A stretch of 41,330 nt of DNA from Promethearchaeota archaeon. GTDB taxonomy: Archaea; Asgardarchaeota; Lokiarchaeia; Sigyniarchaeales; SOKP01. Where the stretch lies: the NCBI GenBank assembly GCA_016839745.1, contig JAEOTS010000179.1, forward strand, positions 1-41,330, written 5' to 3'. Shown one piece after another: positions 8,144 through 16,792 of this stretch; position 1 is the first letter of the stretch, and each line of letters starts with the position of its first letter. Position numbers and translations under genes: made by a program. Under the pieces are notes generated by a model. That model did no database searches and was not told where the DNA came from. It was given only the letters and a program-made list of their open reading frames with translations.

Positions 8144-9709
8144 ATGGAAAGATTTATATCAAAAAAAATTTCTTCTGAAGAATTATCTATATTAGATAAT
8201 AATTCAGAATGGTTAGGAATTCCAAAAAGCCATTTAATGGAATGTGCAGGCTATTCATTCACAAATGAAATTATAGCTCAAGGTTTTGTTAAAGAAAAGA
8301 CAAAAGTGGCGATTTTCTGTGGGACAGGGAATAATGGTGGAGACGGTTTTGTCGTAGCTCGGCATTTATCTTCCTATGGAGTAAAAGTTTTAGTGATTTT
8401 GGTTGGAACACCTGACAAGATAAGAACAAAAGAAGCCCGAATTAATTGGAATATAATATACAACCATCTTAACTACTCAATTAAGACCAGATTCATTAAG
8501 GATTCGACCGATACTAAGGATATTATGAAAATATTTGAACAAGATCAGGCTTATTCCTTAATTGTAGATGGATTATTAGGTACTGGAATAAAAGGCAAAA
8601 TTAGGGAGCCATGTTCTTCAGCAATAGATTTGATAAACAGCATCAAAGAAAAAGAAAAAGAGCGCATTAAAGTTGCTTCCATAGACGTACCTTCAGGATT
8701 AGATCCGGATACAGGAAAAAGTCCCGATAAAGCTGTACTATCAGATTTAGTGGTAACTTTCCATCGAGTAAAAAAAGGATTGAAAACAACAGCAAAATAT
8801 AAGGTAATCGAGAAATCTATTGGTATTCCCCCCGAAGCAAGTATTTTTGTTGGAAAAGGCGACTTACTAGCTAACTTAAAAATTAGAAATGTTGATAACC
8901 ATAAAGGAGAATTTGGAAGGGTATTAGTCATCGGGGGTTCAAAAAATTATTCCGGCGCTCCTGCGTACACTTCCTTAGCGTGTATTCAGTTTGGATGTGA
9001 TTTAGTTATAACTTACGTTCCAGAAATTATTGGCGATGTTATACGTTCCTTTTCTCCGAATATGATAGTGAGAACCAGTCCGGGAGATTGGCTAACAACA
9101 AAAGCTTTTGAAGAAGTATCATGGCTAGCTGATTGGGCAAACACAATCGTTATTGGCCCAGGATTAGGAACTGAAAAATCAAGCGAAGAACTCTTAATAA
9201 AAATATTCGAAAATGGCGATATAGCTAAAAAATCTTTTATTATAGATGCTGACGCTTTGAAATTAATAAAAACACATCTGGATTTAATTAAAGGGAAGAA
9301 AGTTGTTTTAACACCACATGAGGGAGAATTAAAGATAATCTCGGGTATTGATTTACCACCCTATAACGAAATTGAAAAAAGGAGTGCAGAAATCTTCAAA
9401 ATATCGAAAAAACTAGGAGTTACTTTGTTAGTAAAGGGACCATACGATTACATTAGTAATGGTAATCTGTTAAAAATAAATAAAACCGGATGCCCTGAAA
9501 TGTCAATTGGCGGAACTGGAGATGTCCTTGCTGGTTTATGCGCTAGTTTTTTAACAACGGGCAGTAATTTATTCCAAGCTGCGTGTTCTGCTTCTTTTCT
9601 TAACGGATATATAGGAGAATATTGTAAGAAAATAACTGGGCCTAGATTTACAGCTATCGACATGATAAATAAAATTAATGATGGAATCTTGGACTTATTA
9701 AAAAAATAA
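8144..9709 (+). CDS. nnr: Bifunctional NAD(P)H-hydrate epimerase / ADP-dependent dehydratase
   Basis: YjeF-N part (LMECAG, CGTGNNGGDG, DGLLGTG, IDVPSG) fused to YjeF-C part (HKGEFGRVLVIGGS, GPGLG, DADAL, TPHEGE, GGTGDVLAG). Confidence 0.95.
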   Translation: MERFISKKISSEELSILDNNSEWLGIPKSHLMECAGYSFTNEIIAQGFVKEKTKVAIFCGTGNNGGDGFVVARHLSSYGVKVLVILVGTPDKIRTKEARINWNIIYNHLNYSIKTRFIKDSTDTKDIMKIFEQDQAYSLIVDGLLGTGIKGKIREPCSSAIDLINSIKEKEKERIKVASIDVPSGLDPDTGKSPDKAVLSDLVVTFHRVKKGLKTTAKYKVIEKSIGIPPEASIFVGKGDLLANLKIRNVDNHKGEFGRVLVIGGSKNYSGAPAYTSLACIQFGCDLVITYVPEIIGDVIRSFSPNMIVRTSPGDWLTTKAFEEVSWLADWANTIVIGPGLGTEKSSEELLIKIFENGDIAKKSFIIDADALKLIKTHLDLIKGKKVVLTPHEGELKIISGIDLPPYNEIEKRSAEIFKISKKLGVTLLVKGPYDYISNGNLLKINKTGCPEMSIGGTGDVLAGLCASFLTTGSNLFQAACSASFLNGYIGEYCKKITGPRFTAIDMINKINDGILDLLKK

Positions 9710-9860
9710 ATATTTGGACGAATTATCTTAAAAATTAGATTTTTAAGTGATTAATTCACATTTTATTTAGAATAATTTATTTCATAAATGTTTATTAACA
9801 CCTAACCTATTATTATAGTATAAATTTTATTTCTTTCAATAACAGAGAAAAATTAATTGG

Positions 9861-10718
9861 TTGAGAATATTGGGAACGCAAATTTTCGAAATTGTTGAAG
9901 ATGGAACAACTCAAGAGCTTACAACAGATGGTGCTATTAAAGATATACTTCTAACAACTAAATGTTATGTGTTAGTTGCTGATGAGTATCGTAAAGTATA
10001 TCTATGGAAAGGAATCGAGAGCAATGTAAGATCCAAATTTATTGGAGCAAAACGAAGTCAGGATATACGAGGTCAAGTCGGTCTTATGTATGCAGTAATC
10101 CCTTTAGATGAAGGTGAAGAGGAACCGGATTTTTTAAAACTCATTGGAGGAAAAACTGAAGGTGGCATCGCTCAAGAGATTAAATTTGAAGCTGCTCCAG
10201 CAAGTGTTTCAACTCCATCAGTCCACCCTCTAAGAGATAAAGACCCTTTTGGAATTCCAAAACCTGCTGAAGGGATGAACATAGCTGGTTCGAAAGACAG
10301 ACTTTCTCAAAATACTGGACCTCTCTATACGGGAAAAGAGTCATTTTCCTCCCTCATTCAAGAAGAAACGCATATTAATTTTGACGAAATAATGCGAAAA
10401 TTAGAAGAGATTAAAATACCTGATGGATTTGAAAGAGAATTAATAATCATCGGCGATCACGCTTACTCTGTCGTCGAGAAAGTTCAGAATTTTTTAGGAA
10501 AGAAGCAAGTTACAAAGGAGATTTCTAAAGTAGGAGCGATTCCAGAAGGCGTATTTTTTGCTGAAGATTATTCTCCTCGAGTGTTAAGTGAAAATGGAAA
10601 AATCTTGGCCATAGAATTTCTTAAGCGTATTGGTGGTCCAATGGATGCTAAAGTAGAATATAAATCCAAGAAGGAAATTTTAAAAGATCAAATCAAAACG
10701 CAATTGGAATATAAATAG
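9861..10718 (+). CDS. Asgard gelsolin-like protein (single gelsolin domain plus a C-terminal domain)
   Basis: Gelsolin-repeat signature CYVLV...KVYLWKGIESNVRSKFIGA...DEGEEEPDF, then a low-complexity linker and a second domain. Resembles the Asgard 1DGelX architecture. TTG start. Confidence 0.75.
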   Translation: MRILGTQIFEIVEDGTTQELTTDGAIKDILLTTKCYVLVADEYRKVYLWKGIESNVRSKFIGAKRSQDIRGQVGLMYAVIPLDEGEEEPDFLKLIGGKTEGGIAQEIKFEAAPASVSTPSVHPLRDKDPFGIPKPAEGMNIAGSKDRLSQNTGPLYTGKESFSSLIQEETHINFDEIMRKLEEIKIPDGFERELIIIGDHAYSVVEKVQNFLGKKQVTKEISKVGAIPEGVFFAEDYSPRVLSENGKILAIEFLKRIGGPMDAKVEYKSKKEILKDQIKTQLEYK

Positions 10719-10975
10719 AATGCGTTTTTAACTCTGTTCCTTTATTACATCCAACTTTAAAGAATTTTTATACTTTTCTTCAAATAATTTTATTTTAAGA
10801 TAAGTTAATAGTTTTAATGGTAAAAGGTTCTATTAGTATCTTATACTAAACATAGCGAAACTTTAAAACGATTTAACCTATTATTTTATAAATATAAATA
10901 TTTAAGTCCGAAAATTATATTTTATATTAATTAAAGAAGAATTATAATAGAAATTAAAAGTCAGAGAATATTCAA

Positions 10976-11365
10976 ATGAGCGATTTAACTCAAGAACAAG
11001 CTAGCAGTCTTTCAAGATTTCTTGGAAATATAACAGAACACACTGAATTAGAAGCTCTTGCATTAGTAACCAATGATGGCTTACGACTTGCTTTTTCATG
11101 CATCCCCGATTACGATGTTGACCCCGATTTATTTTCGAGTTTAAGTGCTGTAGTAATGCAAAGTGGCCACGATGCAATCGACTCTATGGGGTACACTAAT
11201 TTGCTAGAGGTTGTACTTCGAGGCTCTAATGCGTTTATTATCCTTTCTGGGGCAGGAAGATTCTTCCTCATGGGAGCTAGTAGAAAAATTGAAGATCTAG
11301 GCAAAATTGTTACAGTATTTCGCTACTATGCAAGCGAGATATCTAAAAGGTATCCAATAACATAG
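10976..11365 (+). CDS. Roadblock/LC7 (MglB-like) domain protein
   Basis: 129 aa with the roadblock pattern: helix, ALALVTNDGL, D.D.FSSLSA, LLEVVLRGSNAFIILSGAG, LG.I...F. Confidence 0.85.
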   Translation: MSDLTQEQASSLSRFLGNITEHTELEALALVTNDGLRLAFSCIPDYDVDPDLFSSLSAVVMQSGHDAIDSMGYTNLLEVVLRGSNAFIILSGAGRFFLMGASRKIEDLGKIVTVFRYYASEISKRYPIT

Positions 11366-11428
11366 AATTTGAAAGAATTTTATTCTGTTTATGAAAAAAT
11401 GTTAAGAAAATAAGAAAGTTGATAAATA

Positions 11429-13699
11429 TTGTCAGAAATTAAGATTTTTGTTGATGTAAGCGAAGGTACCTCGGATAAAGTAGTTATCTGTCAAGAAAAT
11501 GCTGATAAATTGGGGACTAAAAACGGAGCTTCAATTGAAGTTCATAACCCAGATAACGGAAAAAAAGCAACTGCAGTTATAGAAATTTCTAATATGGTAC
11601 TAGATTTTGCTGGTCAAGTTTCTAAAAACATTGTCGATTCGCTGGATTTTATGGGTGTTGAGTTAATTCTTCGACCTATGAGTGCTGCTGGATTACTCAC
11701 CCCTACATTACAAATTCCGAAAGTTCCAAAGGTAGCACCAGTCGCTCCTCCTGCCACTTCACCATCTAAAACAAAACTAACGCCTTTACCTACAAAACCT
11801 CCTCAATTGACGCCTTCTAGACCAACACCTCAACCCCTCCCAGTATCATCCCCTCCACAACCAGTTTCTGGACATGTTCCACTCCCAACTCCACAACCTG
11901 AGGCTACACCCACGCCCCAATTAATACCTAAACAAACACCTACTCCCGTTCAAATACCCAAACCTACTCCTCCACCACAACCAACTATGGCCCCCGCACC
12001 ACAATTATCTCCTACACCCTCCCCCCCAACTCCAACACCGCTACCTCAAATCCCACCACCTCAAAGGAGTCAACCCCCCGTGAGACAAATCCCAATACCA
12101 ACTCCCGGACAGGATTATGGTGCTCCCGCGGCTCCAGCAGATCCATACCCAAATAGAATTGATGTGAACATGTTAAGTAGTCAAAAAAATGGGATTGTCC
12201 TAACTCCTATTGTAGACGATTCCGTTGAAGGAGGACGCGTCAAATTAAGTAGTACGGTTGTTCAGCAATTAGGATTAGGGCAAGGGATGTTAATCGGATG
12301 GGAAGATCCACTCACACGTGCTTTAGGATCTGCTAGGATTGATCAAGGTATGATCAGTCCTTCTGAGATTAGGATGAGTAGAGACACTAAAGAAGACACG
12401 AATATTTTCGCCGAACAATTAGCAGTGTTTTCCACTGAACCTCCAATTCAAAAAGCTTCTGAGCTCATGTTAGAAGTACAATCGCAACCAAATTTAATGG
12501 GATACGCACTGGTAAGTCCAAGAACACAACACTCTCTCTCACTTGCTCAAGACAACATTCTTGCTTTTGAAGACGAACTGACGGGAGCTATCGGAGCAGG
12601 CAAAGTAGAAATATTAGAATCTGTACCTGATAACACTATCATTATTGATAGTGAAATCTTGGAAGCGTCAGGAATCGGAAGTTTTGAAGTTAAGGTATAT
12701 AAAAATCTTCGACCGATAATTCCTTTACAAAATATATCACTCGGGATTTCACCAATCTCCGGTGAAAATATGTGGGAAATAATTAGTACTGCTCGACAGA
12801 ATGTTGCCTCACTTAAAGGGTGGTTAGCTAATTATGTAATTTTCAAGGGAATAAAGTTAAGATGGAGTGCCGTAAATATAGCATGCTCAATCCTTTCAAC
12901 TACTCCAGACTTAACTGGTGATATTTTAGCACAAGTTAATGAAAATACTGCTATAAATCTAAGCCCAACCGGTCTAGTCCCGTTCAATGCTATATTAATA
13001 ATTGATATTAGCCGCTCAATGATGGCTCGAGATGTGTTCGTGACTAATATCGCTCCTGCGATTGAAGGTATTAAAGCGGCTATGGAATCACGGGAAATTC
13101 AAGAATTTTTAAAACATTTCAAAGCGGGTATTAATATCCCTAGAAGAATTTCGGCAGCTTTTGCAGCAGTTCTTTTCTTAAGTGAAAAGGTTGGACGAGG
13201 ATTTGGGGAGAAAGTCTCTGTTATTCGATTCGCAGACGAAACTCAAATACTTCCTTTTGGGAACAGCTATTATATGGATTCAGCCAGCGGAAAAAAAGGA
13301 GTTTTAGAAGATGCGGCACGCATGATTGTAGATCGCATAGGAAATGCATACGGTCAAAGCACAAATATGGGACAAGCAATGATTAAAGCTCACCAAGTAT
13401 TGACGGAATTTGATAAAATGAGTCCTGGGAATCCGCAACCCACAATGATTATTCTCCTTACAGATGGAATTCCAACCGATGGAGATGATTTTCTTAAAAC
13501 GATCAAAATATTTGCAGAAAATCCAAATGTAGTAATATACATCGTTGGTCTCGGGAATCCTGATGATGAAATGATGACACGAGCAGCAGCTTTGTGCGGT
13601 GGAGAATATTTCAAACCAGAAGATGCTGGAGAACTATTGATATGGTATTCCAAAAGAGCTCGAGATTTAACTGTTAAGATGAAAGCTCATAAAGGATAA
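11429..13699 (+). CDS. vWA-domain protein with Cdc48-N-like (double-psi beta-barrel) repeats and a proline-rich linker
   Basis: C-terminal vWA with MIDAS residues (IIDISRS, STNMGQAM, ILLTDG, YIVGLG, GGEYF). Three segments resemble the Cdc48 N1 barrel (e.g. GRVKLSSTVVQQLGLGQG...EIRMSRDT) and one resembles N2 (...ILSTTP...QVNENTAINL). No Walker motifs. Confidence 0.8.
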   Translation: MSEIKIFVDVSEGTSDKVVICQENADKLGTKNGASIEVHNPDNGKKATAVIEISNMVLDFAGQVSKNIVDSLDFMGVELILRPMSAAGLLTPTLQIPKVPKVAPVAPPATSPSKTKLTPLPTKPPQLTPSRPTPQPLPVSSPPQPVSGHVPLPTPQPEATPTPQLIPKQTPTPVQIPKPTPPPQPTMAPAPQLSPTPSPPTPTPLPQIPPPQRSQPPVRQIPIPTPGQDYGAPAAPADPYPNRIDVNMLSSQKNGIVLTPIVDDSVEGGRVKLSSTVVQQLGLGQGMLIGWEDPLTRALGSARIDQGMISPSEIRMSRDTKEDTNIFAEQLAVFSTEPPIQKASELMLEVQSQPNLMGYALVSPRTQHSLSLAQDNILAFEDELTGAIGAGKVEILESVPDNTIIIDSEILEASGIGSFEVKVYKNLRPIIPLQNISLGISPISGENMWEIISTARQNVASLKGWLANYVIFKGIKLRWSAVNIACSILSTTPDLTGDILAQVNENTAINLSPTGLVPFNAILIIDISRSMMARDVFVTNIAPAIEGIKAAMESREIQEFLKHFKAGINIPRRISAAFAAVLFLSEKVGRGFGEKVSVIRFADETQILPFGNSYYMDSASGKKGVLEDAARMIVDRIGNAYGQSTNMGQAMIKAHQVLTEFDKMSPGNPQPTMIILLTDGIPTDGDDFLKTIKIFAENPNVVIYIVGLGNPDDEMMTRAAALCGGEYFKPEDAGELLIWYSKRARDLTVKMKAHKG
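11700..12150 (+). repeat. Low-complexity Pro/Thr/Gln-rich coding repeat (PTP, PQP, PPQP units)
   Basis: C-rich stretch in otherwise AT-rich DNA, encoding about 150 aa dominated by P, T and Q. Confidence 0.85.
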
Positions 13700-14030
13700 C
13701 CTTCATTTCTATCTTTTTTATCTTTTGTCGAAATAAAAAATCAAATTTTGTTCTCTAAAGATGTCTCAAATTATTGTACATTATATAAAATTTTTATACT
13801 AATAATTTAATAATCAATTTTAGTTTTTACTTATAATTGTTATAAAATTAAAGGATTAGATTTTTCTGTTTTATGATTTTTTCTTTTAGTGCTTTAATTA
13901 TACCTTCTGCTTCTATATATCAATCAGTCTTATCTGATTGGCAAACAATGGTAGATAGCATATATCATGTATAAACTACTCAAACAAGAATCATTCCTAA
14001 AAATGATTTTAGTAATAGGAAAAATGGGGT

Positions 14031-14198
14031 TTATAAGGTTGAACCCCAATTATAACCGCATCTTTTGCAAGTATATTTAGGACTATTAAGATTATTATTT
14101 AGGATTATCATCGGCGGTCGGTTAGTTCTTATTTCGTCTCCTATTGCACCGCATTCTGGGCAGCGCTCTATTTCATCATCTTTATGAAAACTTCCCAT
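14031..14198 (-). CDS. Small zinc-ribbon protein (55 aa; absent from the ORF track)
   Basis: Manual translation: MGSFHKDDEIERCPECGAIGDEIRTNRPPMIILNNNLNSPKYTCKRCGYNWGSTL*. Paired CxxCG knuckles, with YTCKRCGYNW typical of zinc ribbons. Confidence 0.8.
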   Translation of the reverse strand: MGSFHKDDEIERCPECGAIGDEIRTNRPPMIILNNNLNSPKYTCKRCGYNWGSTL

Positions 14199-14326
14199 AC
14201 AAATCAATAATCGTTAACTGAAAATGTACTATACGAATAATAGTACTTTAAATAAGAAGCACTTTAAGTAAAATTTTTAATCACCAAAGTTATTTTACTA
14301 AAATTTTCTAGCATGCATGAAAAACA

Positions 14327-15211
14327 CTACTCTGGATAGTTGGATCTAAAATCTCCTCTTGAATAACCACATCTAAGACATAAGGGATATTCTTCTTTCC
14401 TTATCTTGATCTTGTTTGAACCGCATGAAGGACATCTTAATATACTCATTGGGGGGAAATATATTAGGGGATCATCCAATGAAAATGGTAATTCGTTATC
14501 AAGAATAATTGATGCCCGCGGCAAGTTAGTTCCATATTTTTCTCTTATGGGTAGAGCTATCTTAGCAGCATTAGATTTCGCTTTTGCAGTAGTATTACAG
14601 CCTTCCCATAACCATTCTTTAAAATGCTGAGGATCAATAAACAAAAGAATGTGATCGTTGTGCAATAAGTCTTTCGATTTTACATCAGGATCCAAAATTA
14701 GTTCTTCAAAATATCCGCCCCTTCTCCTGCGATCAAGCCTAATCAGTGAGAACATTTTTTGCTCGTCCAATTCGTTAAAAACTTTAAATTGAAAGACTAT
14801 AAAATTCCTGTTATTGAGAGCCGTTTCAAGATGTGTTTTTGGAGTTATGTGTTCAAGGGTAGATTCTTTGGGAATTATTCTTCTTTTTGATGGAGACCTA
14901 GAGTTTTCCACTTGATAAAACTTGAAAAAAATTTCCTCGGGTATAATTTGCTCGGGAAGCCCTCTTTTTAGAGCTTTTGTAAATAATTTTGATAGTCTTT
15001 CTTTAAAATCATTTACATCGTAGGCATCTATAATTCTAGTACCACTTGGGATATGTCTCTTAGGATCTACTTCGACATCAATATATGAGAAGATATATTG
15101 ATAGTTACGTTTTCTATCTGTTTTTCGATATGTAATATCAAAAATTAATATGGGTTTATGTCCAACCCTAAGTTCGAAGTTTTTAATTTGTTCGTTCTTT
15201 ATCATTTTCAA
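14327..15211 (-). CDS. Hypothetical protein with a C-terminal zinc ribbon
   Basis: 294-aa ORF ending CPSCGS-x11-CLRCGY; the N-terminal part is not recognised. Confidence 0.75.
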   Translation of the reverse strand: MKMIKNEQIKNFELRVGHKPILIFDITYRKTDRKRNYQYIFSYIDVEVDPKRHIPSGTRIIDAYDVNDFKERLSKLFTKALKRGLPEQIIPEEIFFKFYQVENSRSPSKRRIIPKESTLEHITPKTHLETALNNRNFIVFQFKVFNELDEQKMFSLIRLDRRRRGGYFEELILDPDVKSKDLLHNDHILLFIDPQHFKEWLWEGCNTTAKAKSNAAKIALPIREKYGTNLPRASIILDNELPFSLDDPLIYFPPMSILRCPSCGSNKIKIRKEEYPLCLRCGYSRGDFRSNYPE

Positions 15212-15557
15212 GTTTGTTCTCTCTCCATTCTTTTCTTTATATTTTTCTCTTTTTTCTTTTTACATCGTCACTACTGTAGGATTCCATATAAACCAGTTTT
15301 CAAAATATGTATAGTAGTAATAGAAACGTGAATTTATTGTTGAAATTATAACCATTTCTAATAAATAAATAATTTTACAAATATATATAATTTTAAAAGA
15401 ATATATTGGAATCGGTATATCAGTTCAGTACAAGGAATAAATATATATCAAGATGATAGTATTAATAATTAAGAAGAAGTAGTTAAATAATACGTAAGGA
15501 ACAATTACAATTAAAAGGTAATAATTTAATAATACTTATAACAAAAACAAACAAATT

Positions 15558-15974
15558 GTGTTCAGATTAATGAAAGAAGTCAAAATTCTTACAATAGACG
15601 AACGAGGAAGGATAGTTATTCCACAAATCGTAAGAAAATCGTTAGGAATTACAACTAATTCACAACTAATGATGATCAGCGACTCAGAAATAAAGGAAAT
15701 AAAGATTACTCCAATTGGCTTACGGGATGAAAGTAACCTTATTAAATTGAGAATTACAATGGGAGATACTCCTGGAGCGTTAGCAAAATTAGCAACTACT
15801 TTTGGAGATTTAAAGCTTAGCATGATGTATAGCGAAGCAGTTATAGTTGAAAAAGACAAAACAGCTGTATGGACCGTTATTTCAGAGAGTCCAGATTTTA
15901 CCTTAGAAGAACTTGAAAATGTTTTAAAAGAAAAGGGAGAAGCACTTAAAATAGAATTCCTCTCACTAGAATAG
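15558..15974 (+). CDS. AbrB/MazE/SpoVT-type DNA-binding protein fused to an ACT domain
   Basis: AbrB motif TIDERGRIVIPQIVRKSLGI, followed by ACT motif DTPGALAKLATTFGDLKLSM. The ATG at 15570 is an alternative start. Confidence 0.88.
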   Translation: MFRLMKEVKILTIDERGRIVIPQIVRKSLGITTNSQLMMISDSEIKEIKITPIGLRDESNLIKLRITMGDTPGALAKLATTFGDLKLSMMYSEAVIVEKDKTAVWTVISESPDFTLEELENVLKEKGEALKIEFLSLE

Positions 15975-16012
15975 GTTATATTAATTAATTATAAGATTGT
16001 TGATTAAGTCGT

Positions 16013-16744
16013 ATGGCTAAAAAAAAGAAGAAGGATAAAGAAAAACCAAAAAGTAAAGTTCCTCTCGATACTTTAGATAATGTTTTGAAATTGTCTAAGA
16101 AAACCGAATCAACTCTACATGGTATGCTTAAAGGTGATACCGAAGAAAAAAGATTTGTTTCTTCAAAAGAAGAAGATACTAAAATTGCACCTAAACTTTC
16201 TTATGAATCTAAGAAAAAAATAGCAGAAGATTATATGTTGGAAGAGATTCCGCTCACAAAGAGGGATCCGGTAAAGAGGAGAACCCCTATTTCAATAACA
16301 CCAGAGAAACAGGAAACATCGGAGAAAGAAATGGCTAAAAAAGCAGCAAGTACAACCCAAACGCCTTCATTCTCTAAGAAAGATGGTATATATGTTAAAC
16401 TAGCTGATTTTTTTGAAGAAGTATTTGACAGTTATGTTGATAGATATAATCAATGGGAAAATTCGATATCTTCAATTCTTTCAATTCTTAGAAAAATGAG
16501 AAAAATAACAAAGAAAAACACAGAGGATTTAGTCTCATCAATAGGGAGTACATATGAAAGAATTCAATACAACTTGGAGCAATTTAAATTAAAAAGAGAT
16601 CAAGTCGAAAAGATTACAGATGTTGATATAGAATCTATGTCTAGTGAATTCAAAAAAGTCTTAGGGTTATTAGAATTACAAGTAAAAGAATATCAATTAA
16701 AAAAATTATCAGATGAATTTGTCCATCAACATCAAACTTTTTGA
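16013..16744 (+). CDS. Hypothetical protein: Lys/Glu-rich disordered N-terminus and helical/coiled-coil C-terminus
   Basis: 243-aa ORF with an amphipathic helical pattern in the last ~120 aa; directly upstream of the actin-like gene. Confidence 0.75.
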   Translation: MAKKKKKDKEKPKSKVPLDTLDNVLKLSKKTESTLHGMLKGDTEEKRFVSSKEEDTKIAPKLSYESKKKIAEDYMLEEIPLTKRDPVKRRTPISITPEKQETSEKEMAKKAASTTQTPSFSKKDGIYVKLADFFEEVFDSYVDRYNQWENSISSILSILRKMRKITKKNTEDLVSSIGSTYERIQYNLEQFKLKRDQVEKITDVDIESMSSEFKKVLGLLELQVKEYQLKKLSDEFVHQHQTF

Positions 16745-16792
16745 TAGTGGTTTCGTTTAATAAATCTTGATATTAACAATTTAAATAAAATT

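Noticed and set aside
8551-9663. 126-aa and 71-aa minus-strand ORFs
   Set aside because: Antisense shadows of nnr.
11700-12150. Possible CRISPR array or DNA tandem repeat in the C-rich stretch
   Set aside because: No fixed-length nucleotide repeat; fully explained by proline codons.
11110-13653. Minus-strand ORFs 11110-11304 and 13390-13653
   Set aside because: Antisense to the roadblock and vWA genes.
15212-15287. Possible frameshifted N-terminal extension (MESYSSDDVK / KEKREKYK...) of the 14327-15211 ORF across an A-run
   Set aside because: Cannot be distinguished from chance in purine-rich low-complexity DNA without homologues or reads.
14406-15859. ORFs 14406-14630 (+) and 15536-15859 (-)
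   Set aside because: Each lies opposite a better-supported gene.
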